Shown: positions 57,726-64,000 of the stretch, piece by piece
Position numbering within the stretch: position 1 is the stretch's first letter
How the letters are laid out: each line of letters begins with the position of its first letter
Assembly: GCA_020632015.1 (NCBI GenBank)
Contig: JACKGI010000002.1
Coordinates: forward strand, 155,121-219,120
DNA: 64,000 nucleotides
Reading direction: 5' to 3'
Source: Candidatus Nomurabacteria bacterium
GTDB lineage: Bacteria; Patescibacteriota; Minisyncoccia; Phycocordibacterales; UBA918
The notes under the pieces: generated by a model
Told to the model about the DNA's origin: nothing
The model's database searches: none
Seen by the model: only the letters and a program-made list of their open reading frames with translations
Translations under genes and position numbers: made by a program

Positions 57726-58508
57726 TCATTTCCGAGAGGACGAAACACCGATGTAGTCGCGACGGAGGTCATCCCAGTAGTAGTGGACGACGAGACCGAC
57801 ACCGTCGAAGAGACCCACGAGGACACGGTCGTCGTCCGCATCAACCGAAGATGTTCTGACGTAAACGCCCTTGAGCAGATACACGCCACGAACCTTGTAG
57901 TAGGCGGTGACAGCGTAGCTGACTTCAGGAGCGTTCGGGACGTGCTCGACCTCCGTCAGGAGCGAGCATTGCTCGTCCCAGTTCTTGCGACGACTGTCGG
58001 GATATGGTTCTTTACGAACCATAAGCCATTCGCCAGCGGAGACAACGTTGTCACGAGCGAACTTCTCGTTGTCCTTGGCATACCAGCCCTCTGACTTTGA
58101 GTAGAACAACTGATTATCGAGGTCACGAACCTGAAGCAGGTTCATATCGCTCGGTGGTGTCGCCAACAGCATATAGCCGTTGGTGCGAAGCCACTGCAAG
58201 GTCTTTTCGTCAGGCAAGGTGTCAGCGAAAGCTGTCATCTGCTCGTCCGAGTAGTGAAACCCGTAGGCGTTCGCCACATCTTCAGGCGAAATAAAATCGT
58301 CGCCGAGGATGAGCATTGCCAAGGCAAATCCCTTGGGTGTCTCGTCACCCCGTGCGATAGCGACCGCACGGACCATCCGTGCTTTGTTTTCGATAAGTTC
58401 TTGGAGCAGGTCAGGCGTTCCGCCTTGGCGACCAAACTCGGCAATGAACTCATTGGTTTGACCGAGCGAAAAATCACTCGTTTTGCTGTGAGCTACACGA
58501 TGTGTCAT
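57726..58508 (-). CDS. DGR variable (target) protein with a C-terminal VR. No signal peptide and an unknown N-terminal domain.
   Basis: The last 36 codons or so coincide with VR. The C-terminal ...YYWDD.R.D.IGVSSSRK resembles C-type-lectin-fold DGR variable regions. The N-terminus is hydrophilic. Confidence 0.85.
   Translation of the reverse strand: MTHRVAHSKTSDFSLGQTNEFIAEFGRQGGTPDLLQELIENKARMVRAVAIARGDETPKGFALAMLILGDDFISPEDVANAYGFHYSDEQMTAFADTLPDEKTLQWLRTNGYMLLATPPSDMNLLQVRDLDNQLFYSKSEGWYAKDNEKFARDNVVSAGEWLMVRKEPYPDSRRKNWDEQCSLLTEVEHVPNAPEVSYAVTAYYKVRGVYLLKGVYVRTSSVDADDDRVLVGLFDGVGLVVHYYWDDLRRDYIGVSSSRK
57732..57840 (-). repeat. DGR variable repeat (VR), 109 nt
   Basis: 15 mismatches to TR. 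14 are at plus-strand T (= sense-strand A) of TR, changed to A, C or G. One is a non-A mismatch at 57816 (TR 57311). Confidence 0.9.
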
Positions 58509-58547
58509 CGCAATACTCTCCTATGTGTTGAAGTTATGTCCGTTCAG

Positions 58548-58601
58548 AATGAGACGAACATTCTATATACCAGCATTGATATGCAAAATGCTCGTCTCAT
58601 T
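58548..58601. promoter_or_regulatory. 15-bp inverted repeat (14/15) about 40 nt upstream of the DGR target start; candidate operator
   Basis: AATGAGACGAACATT (58548-62) and AATGCTCGTCTCATT (58587-601). The 24-nt spacer contains GCAT-TGAT-ATGC. Confidence 0.35.
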
Positions 58602-58687
58602 GAACCTTGAAATATGTAAAGAACGAGATTTGAACTATAACATATTTTGTATAAAAAGCAAGGCTAGACCCTCTTTGTGTTGTAGCT

Positions 58688-58978
58688 GTGCCTAAAAACT
58701 GTAAAATACTCTCAATGCTTACTGAACGAGAAAAAATGTTTGGAGAACTCCCGAAAGATACATATCTTTACTGTATTCACTGTGAGCGTGCCTACCCAAA
58801 AGATAAGTATCGAGTAATGTCTGATATTGATATGGGTCTATTACAGATGTGTCCATATGACGGCTGTGACGGTGACGCTGTTTTGGATGCGTGGGAGTGG
58901 GACCGTATACGCTCCGAACACGCTGATTATCCTGATGTACCTAAAGAAAATACGGTGTACCCAATGTACAAACAGTAG
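58688..58978 (+). CDS. Small Cys-rich (zinc-ribbon-like) protein, unknown function
   Basis: YCIHCERAY...MCPYDGCDG Cys pairs. GTG start in the track; an alternative ATG (MLTERE) lies at 58715. Confidence 0.45.
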   Translation: MPKNCKILSMLTEREKMFGELPKDTYLYCIHCERAYPKDKYRVMSDIDMGLLQMCPYDGCDGDAVLDAWEWDRIRSEHADYPDVPKENTVYPMYKQ

Positions 58979-59002
58979 TTCGTATTTGATACACTATATT
59001 TT

Positions 59003-59290
59003 ATGACAAAGCTAACGATAAGTAGCGGCGTAAATCACCGAGTACCAAAAGATTTACGTAATGTACTTGAAAAAGATAGTGATTTACTAGAGTTATGGAA
59101 TGGTCTTACACCATTAGCACGTAACGAATGGATTTGCTGGCTCACTATATACAAAAAGGATGAAACCAGAGCAAAACATCTCAAGCGATTACCTACTGAT
59201 GTGAAAAAAGGTCACAAAAGACCGTGTTGCTGGCCTGGCTGCCCACATAGAAGACCGAATGCTGCAAAGTGGTTTAGTAAGAAAAAATAG
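59003..59290 (+). CDS. YdeI/OmpD-associated family protein
   Basis: VPKDLRNVLEKD..LLELWNGLTPLARNEWICWLT..KKDETRAKHLKRL pattern. Confidence 0.7.
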   Translation: MTKLTISSGVNHRVPKDLRNVLEKDSDLLELWNGLTPLARNEWICWLTIYKKDETRAKHLKRLPTDVKKGHKRPCCWPGCPHRRPNAAKWFSKKK

Positions 59291-59291
59291 A

Positions 59292-60167
59292 ATGGCAGAT
59301 TTATCACTTATCAAGAACTGGCACGAAAAAGCTAAAGAGGACTACTTTTCACGCTTTGTGTTTGAGTATATGGCTTTTGAAGCGTTCTTGAAGAAATATA
59401 AATACACTGAAGACGACATACGACAACTGGCAAATAACACCAAAGAACGTTCATACATTCAAGCATTCAAGAACGATGTGAGCTATGCAACACAGTGGTC
59501 CGAGCTGATGACAACTGACCAACGACTACAAGAAACCACTACTGACTTGATTGCCTTTTTGAATAACGAGCCACTTGCAACCGATAGCAACTGGTGGGGC
59601 TGTACCGCATACGAACACAATCAATGTTCACAGCAAGGTATACGGGGTGTTATCGAGAACGAAAATGATTTTGTAAACGTAGTTGAGTTCTGGTACCAAG
59701 TTCGCAACAATCTATTTCACGCTGGTAAAGACCCCGACAGTAAAAGAGATGAGCAGTTGGTAGCGTTTGCATACAACACATTATCAGTATTTATGGGTAA
59801 AGTACTGATAGCTGAAATGGAGCAACGAACAATGGTCCCGTCATCGTGGGAAGATTTTGAACATCGCTTCTTCTCTGGCAGTGCTGAAGCACAAGTAAAA
59901 ACAAACAAAGGCACGGGCTGTGCTAACGTGTATGAACTTTTATTTATTGACGATGCCGAGTTGCCAGTACTCTTTGAGGGTACGCTCATAGACCGTAAAT
60001 ACTTGGTTGATAAAGTGGTGTTTCATCTAATCAACCTCTACGGTGACGATGATTTATTTAGAGAAGAATGGGACCGTGTCAAAAGTTACGCTCGAACACC
60101 TGAACAACGAGACATCATCCGACAATACTTCAAACCACGAGATTACTTTCCATTTGATGACGAGTAA
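59292..60167 (+). CDS. Unknown protein with a candidate HEPN-type Rx4H motif
   Basis: FWYQVRNNLFHAGK (R-x4-H) in a predicted helical protein of about 290 aa. The start is set at MADLSL. Confidence 0.5.
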   Translation: MADLSLIKNWHEKAKEDYFSRFVFEYMAFEAFLKKYKYTEDDIRQLANNTKERSYIQAFKNDVSYATQWSELMTTDQRLQETTTDLIAFLNNEPLATDSNWWGCTAYEHNQCSQQGIRGVIENENDFVNVVEFWYQVRNNLFHAGKDPDSKRDEQLVAFAYNTLSVFMGKVLIAEMEQRTMVPSSWEDFEHRFFSGSAEAQVKTNKGTGCANVYELLFIDDAELPVLFEGTLIDRKYLVDKVVFHLINLYGDDDLFREEWDRVKSYARTPEQRDIIRQYFKPRDYFPFDDE

Positions 60168-60187
60168 ATACGCTATACTGAAACTAT

Positions 60188-60691
60188 ATGAACGAAGTAC
60201 GCATCCACAACAAAGCTGCAACAATGGGTCACTCTGTCAGTGATTTTTACCCTCTCTTTGGGATTTTAGGGATTGTAGCAACTTTGACTACAATCAGTGT
60301 CATTGCGTTCAATCAAGACCTTATGTTGGCATTTATGGGCTGGTTCTTTTTGGTTTTTGGTGCTCTCAAAACAATCCGTATCAAAGGTTTTGTAGAAGCG
60401 TATCAGATGTATGATGTGCTCGCTAAAAGAAGTAAAACCTACGCATATATCTATCCTTTTCTTGAGTTAGGATTTGGATTAGCATATTTGTTTACGTGGC
60501 AGATAGAAGTAGTTTCAGCGGTTGTGGTCGTGGTTATGCTTATTGGTGCATATGGTGTGTATTTGAAACTCAAAGAACGTGAAGAAATACCGTGTGCGTG
60601 TCTAGGAACAGTATTCAAAGTGCCAATGACGTGGGTCACGCTTGGTGAAGACCTGCTAATGGCAGGTATGGCACTGATGATTTTGCTATAA
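60188..60691 (+). CDS. MauE/DoxX-like redox-associated membrane protein
   Basis: Four TM helices and PCACLGTVFKVPMTWVTLGEDL, typical of the MauE family. Confidence 0.7.
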   Translation: MNEVRIHNKAATMGHSVSDFYPLFGILGIVATLTTISVIAFNQDLMLAFMGWFFLVFGALKTIRIKGFVEAYQMYDVLAKRSKTYAYIYPFLELGFGLAYLFTWQIEVVSAVVVVVMLIGAYGVYLKLKEREEIPCACLGTVFKVPMTWVTLGEDLLMAGMALMILL

Positions 60692-60700
60692 TCTATTGTA

Positions 60701-61102
60701 ATGAACTGGACCGCTAAAATACTATCTGCAACCCTCCTGACGTTCTTTCTAGGAACAATGTTTTTCAGTTTGTTCCATATGTCTATGGGAATGGATATGA
60801 CAGGCAGTATGTCTGACTGTCCGTTTATGGCTCACGAGGAAGTAATCTGTACAATGAACCTTGCTGACCATATTGGAGCGTGGAAGTCAGTGTTCTTGTC
60901 TACAGTACCCGTTCTAATCCTACTTCTGGCTGTTGCAGGCGTAGCAGTATTTGTTGCTTCTGTCGCTCCAAACCTACTTCGCAAAATACAGTATGCGTCA
61001 CCGCCACAATGTAGATGGCTGGAAATACGAACGTACACATTTTCATATCGACCACTACAAGAACTGTTCTCAAACGGTATTCTTCACCCTAAACTCTTTT
61101 AG
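60701..61102 (+). CDS. Membrane protein, unknown function (Met/His/Cys-containing N-terminal segment)
   Basis: Two TM helices and a MSMGMDMTGSMSDCPFMAHEE segment suggestive of metal handling. Confidence 0.5.
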   Translation: MNWTAKILSATLLTFFLGTMFFSLFHMSMGMDMTGSMSDCPFMAHEEVICTMNLADHIGAWKSVFLSTVPVLILLLAVAGVAVFVASVAPNLLRKIQYASPPQCRWLEIRTYTFSYRPLQELFSNGILHPKLF

Positions 61103-61142
61103 TACATCGCTAGCAGATTTACTAGCAACCTAAAAGAACATA

Positions 61143-61802
61143 ATGAAATATATATTGAGTATTGGAACAATCTTTGCTGTACCATTTCTTTCTCAAGCAC
61201 ACGACGGTGAGCACACAACCAGTGCTTGGTATCAAGAACCAATCACCATACTGTTAGCAGTCAGTGCATTGATAGCAGTAGCGTTTCTTCTATACGGAGT
61301 AACAAAAAGAAATCGTAACTACATTGCAGTTCCAGCAATCGCTCTAGCGTTAGTTGTGACATCCTACATAGGGTTCAACACAATGAACACTGTTGAATAT
61401 CAACCTCAACTAGCAGTAGCAAACTTTGGAGACGGACAAACAGTTACGTTATACAAAAGCCCAAACTGTGGCTGTTGTAGTGGTCACGCTAAAGCACTTG
61501 AAGAAGCGGGCTTTTCAGTAACCATCGAAGAAACCAATGACTTGGATACAGTGAAGCGAACACACAACATTCCAGCTGACGGAGCCAGTTGTCACACTTC
61601 AGTGATTGGTGACTACGTAGTTGAAGGTCACGTTCCATTGGAAGCGATTGAAAAACTACTAGACGAAAAACCAGCTATTGCTGGTATTGGGCTAGCAGGT
61701 ATGCCGATTGGCACACCAGGAATGCCAGGAAGAAAACTAGCACCATATGAGGTGTATCAGCTATCTGATACAGGTGAAACATCCTCTTACCTCACACTAT
61801 AA
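61143..61802 (+). CDS. DUF411 (CopG-like) metal-binding protein with an N-terminal membrane region
   Basis: SPNCGCCSGHAKALEEAGF...CHTSVIGDYVVEGHVP...GLAGMPIGTPGMP. Confidence 0.8.
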   Translation: MKYILSIGTIFAVPFLSQAHDGEHTTSAWYQEPITILLAVSALIAVAFLLYGVTKRNRNYIAVPAIALALVVTSYIGFNTMNTVEYQPQLAVANFGDGQTVTLYKSPNCGCCSGHAKALEEAGFSVTIEETNDLDTVKRTHNIPADGASCHTSVIGDYVVEGHVPLEAIEKLLDEKPAIAGIGLAGMPIGTPGMPGRKLAPYEVYQLSDTGETSSYLTL

Positions 61803-61827
61803 AGTTATAATCATCTAATACACGACT

Positions 61828-62481
61828 ATGAACAACCAAACTATATTAGTGGCTATTATCGCTCTACTTATTGGCGGTATTGGTGGCTACGCTATTGCAG
61901 ACAAGAACACATCTCACGATACTCGTGGGTATGAAAAAGAAGTAGCAAATAACTCATCTATGGGTATGCACCAAATGCCCGACGGCTCAATGATGGGTGG
62001 CGAGAACACAATGATGGGAATGAACGGTATGGACCATATGATGGGTATGATGGTATCGAGTGAACGTGAGTTTATTGAGGGAATGATACCGCATCATCAG
62101 GAAGCAGTGGATACTGCTAAAGAAGTGATTGCCCGAGGTGGCTCAACACCAGAAATCAAACAGCTGGTAGAAAACATTGTCGTTGCTCAAGAAGCTGAAA
62201 TCGCTGAAATGAAGCAATGGTATCAGGATTGGTACGGTGAACCCTACGCTGACAATGGCGAATATATGCCAATGATGCGTGACTTATCTAATCTGTCAGG
62301 AGCAGAAATCGACCGAGTGTTCCTTGAAGATATGATTGGACACCATATGGGAGCGATTATGATGGCTCGAAGTGTCCAACCATACATTGAGCGAAATGAG
62401 ATTGCTGAACTGACACAAGCTATAGTTTCTTCTCAATCAGCTGAAATAGCTCAAATGAGACAAATGTTGCAAGGGTTGTAA
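61828..62481 (+). CDS. DUF305 family protein (copper-resistance associated), Met-rich N-terminal region
   Basis: EREFIEGMIPHHQEAV and FLEDMIGHHMGAIMMA paired motifs, with MxxM-rich stretches. Confidence 0.85.
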   Translation: MNNQTILVAIIALLIGGIGGYAIADKNTSHDTRGYEKEVANNSSMGMHQMPDGSMMGGENTMMGMNGMDHMMGMMVSSEREFIEGMIPHHQEAVDTAKEVIARGGSTPEIKQLVENIVVAQEAEIAEMKQWYQDWYGEPYADNGEYMPMMRDLSNLSGAEIDRVFLEDMIGHHMGAIMMARSVQPYIERNEIAELTQAIVSSQSAEIAQMRQMLQGL

Positions 62482-62499
62482 AAAAAACGACAATCAAAC

Positions 62500-62530
62500 A
62501 AAAACAGTCCGCTAAGGGCTGTTTTTGTTT
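62500..62530 (+). terminator. Intrinsic terminator after the metal cluster
   Basis: AAAAACAGTCC-GCTAA-GGGCTGTTTTTGTTT. Confidence 0.8.
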
Positions 62531-62635
62531 ATCTTGTTGTTAGTAAAATCAGGTCTTCAATGTTTGATTTGATATATTCTCTGCTATTATAGAGTTCTGA
62601 AAGCCACGCTAATGGGTCACGAGTTTAAGAAAAGA

Positions 62636-62662
62636 GTCGGAGTTTATCTCCGGCTTTTTTCT
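62636..62662 (+). terminator. Second intrinsic terminator, closing a short unassigned transcription unit
   Basis: GTCGGAG-TTTAT-CTCCGGC followed by TTTTTT. Confidence 0.65.
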
Positions 62663-62774
62663 TAGACTCCCTGTGGTCGGCCATATGGCGAGAATCGAAG
62701 GACGGAACGAGCTTGCGAGTGAGTCAGGGTCGTGAGCGATATATTTTCGTTCATGAAAATAATCGACTCCTGAC

Positions 62775-62797
62775 CGATTCCCCGTAGGGTCACAAAT
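62775..62797 (+). repeat. Right junction direct repeat (attR core; a partial copy of the tRNA-Glu 3' end)
   Basis: CGATTCCCCGTAGGGTCACAAAT. The upstream T-stem strand (CGGGG) is absent, so this is not a tRNA. Confidence 0.85.
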
Positions 62798-62908
62798 TGA
62801 AACTTACTCGAAATATTTAGATAAGTAGTAACCACGACGCGTCCTCAAAACGTGCGGACAGGGACAATAAGCAAGAAATAAACATGTGTATTGTTTATAA
62901 TTAAAACA

Positions 62909-63676
62909 ATGGATAAAGATTCAGTAATAGTATTCTTTTGGCTAACAATTCTATTAACAATTTGGATAAAATACAGAGCTATCAAGAAGGGCTCAATGAA
63001 CAAGAGCGGATACAAAACTCTCGAAATCACACGAGCATTTAATCCAGCGGAACTTCATGGTCATCGCTGTTATATTGATGATCTGACTGATTATGAATAT
63101 AGGATTGTGAAACATCTATCAAGGCACCTTAGTCCAAAAGACTATTATATCTTTAGCAACATCACCGTCCCCTCTTCAGTTACCGTCACATCACAAATTG
63201 ACCATATTATCGTTTCTAAATACGGTATATTTGTAATTGAAAATAAGGACTATACAGGCTGGATATTTGGTCACAAAAATCAGAAAAAATGGACACAGGT
63301 TGTAAAGGGAGGGAAAAAGTTCCACTTCCAGAACCCCTTGTTACAAAACTTTGCCCATGTTTCAGCCCTTAAAGAACAAATGCCTTTTCTTAGAAGGAGC
63401 TTCTATAGTGTAATTGTGTTCTCTGAAGACAGTGAGTTCAAGACCAAGATGCCATCTCATGTTATGCACGGAGAAAACCTAGTGGATTATATTGAATCAA
63501 AAAAATCTGAACTTGTTAGCGAAGGTGAACTTTTGATGGCTGTAGGTAAACTTTCTATGCTTTGCCAGACAAACCAAGTGACAAATGAAAAACATGTAGA
63601 AAACCTGGAGGTAGTTCACAGCGAAGGAGGTCTTACTCCAATTCCTCTCAGCTCTCAAATAGGAATTAGAACTTGA
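62909..63676 (+). CDS. NERD (nuclease-related domain) protein with an N-terminal TM helix
   Basis: QIDHIIVSKYGIFVIENKDYTGWIFG...W.Q pattern. Confidence 0.8.
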   Translation: MDKDSVIVFFWLTILLTIWIKYRAIKKGSMNKSGYKTLEITRAFNPAELHGHRCYIDDLTDYEYRIVKHLSRHLSPKDYYIFSNITVPSSVTVTSQIDHIIVSKYGIFVIENKDYTGWIFGHKNQKKWTQVVKGGKKFHFQNPLLQNFAHVSALKEQMPFLRRSFYSVIVFSEDSEFKTKMPSHVMHGENLVDYIESKKSELVSEGELLMAVGKLSMLCQTNQVTNEKHVENLEVVHSEGGLTPIPLSSQIGIRT

Positions 63677-63711
63677 AGACTAAAAGAAAAATCGAGTTAA
63701 AATAGATAAGT

Positions 63712-63742
63712 GAAAACCACCTTGGTTAAAAAGGTGGTTTTC
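63712..63742. terminator. Hairpin terminator between convergent ORFs
   Basis: GAAAACCACC-11 nt-GGTGGTTTTC. Confidence 0.65.
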
Positions 63743-63745
63743 TGA

Positions 63746-63889
63746 TCATTTACGTTTTGAGGGTTTTTGTGCCAAGGCACTACCCGCTGCCGTCTTTGAT
63801 GTACGAGATGTTCTTCCGTCTCGTAAAACCTTGCTGGCAGCCCTTGCAGCACGAGGACTTGTGACCTTTGATCTATTTGATTTAGCCAT
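63746..63889 (-). CDS. Possible small basic protein (47 aa)
   Basis: MAKSNRSKVTSPRAARAASKVLRDGRTSRTSKTAAGSALAQKPSKRK. Below the ORF-track cutoff and no clear SD. Confidence 0.3.
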   Translation of the reverse strand: MAKSNRSKVTSPRAARAASKVLRDGRTSRTSKTAAGSALAQKPSKRK

Positions 63890-64000
63890 ATTTTATGGTT
63901 GACTATTTACAACGTGGATAAGTGGACTTATGCTGACATAGCAGCATGTAAAATATATGAGGTTAGTGACCTGACGTCTCGACACGAGGGAACCTCCATG

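Larger units (their letters stand above)
45333..62797. mobile_element. Integrated genomic island / integrative element of about 17.4 kb at the 3' end of tRNA-Glu
   Basis: A 23-bp direct repeat of the tRNA 3' end marks both boundaries. A recombinase gene abuts the tRNA. Cargo consists of R-M, DGR, HEPN-like and metal genes. No capsid or conjugation genes were recognised. Confidence 0.75.

Noticed and set aside
57435-58610. ORFs 57435..57689(-), 57630..58094(+), 57656..57859(+), 58097..58294(+), 58235..58477(-) and 58254..58610(+)
   Set aside because: They cross terminator hairpins or lie antisense or off-frame within the DGR target gene. The GC-richer target gene generates spurious open frames.
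62775-62797. A second tRNA gene at the right island boundary
   Set aside because: Only the last 23 nt of the tRNA are present. The 5' T-stem strand and everything upstream differ, so this is an att-site duplication and not a gene.

Overview
The window looks like it comes from a small-genome, AT-leaning bacterium. The gene content, the giant secreted proteins and the retroelement suggest a Patescibacteria/CPR-like lineage, but that is inference only. There are four blocks. (i) 0.3-17.6 kb, minus strand: murI, preceded by two huge secreted proteins. One is 1342 aa (LamG, propeller-like and Gly-rich regions). The other is 4147 aa and contains a 1878-bp near-identical tandem repeat in about 3.6 copies. 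(ii) 17.8-45.2 kb: ordinary housekeeping genes (EVE, DoxX, SPFH, ROK kinase, pgi, LOG, rpmA, PPIase, rplI, S41 protease, cysS, dnaB, recR, rplU, rmuC, yqeY-like, truB, CaCA antiporter, msrAB, M48 peptidase, PIF1-like helicase, FAD oxidase). These are punctuated by GC-rich hairpin terminators. This block also holds a cassette of small orphan ORFs and an unexplained small RNA upstream of recR, bounded by a promoter and a terminator, with a tRNA-like acceptor/T-arm minihelix. (iii) 45.3-62.8 kb: an integrated element of about 17.4 kb at the 3' end of tRNA-Glu(CUC), bounded by a 23-bp direct repeat. It carries a large serine recombinase, three unknown core proteins, an excisionase-family HTH, a Type III restriction-modification pair, an Rx4H (HEPN-like) protein and a copper/metal cargo cluster. 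It also carries a complete diversity-generating retroelement (DGR): RT, an inverted Avd-like gene, a template repeat (TR) and a target gene with a variable repeat (VR). TR and VR are 109 nt each with no indels, and 14 of the 15 mismatches fall at TR adenines. (iv) 62.9-64.0 kb: a NERD-domain gene. The most interesting items are the DGR with its unusual gene arrangement and apparently cytoplasmic target, the way the island junctions relate to the recombinase gene, and the near-perfect 1.9-kb repeat array in the giant surface-protein gene. No CRISPR array or rRNA was seen.
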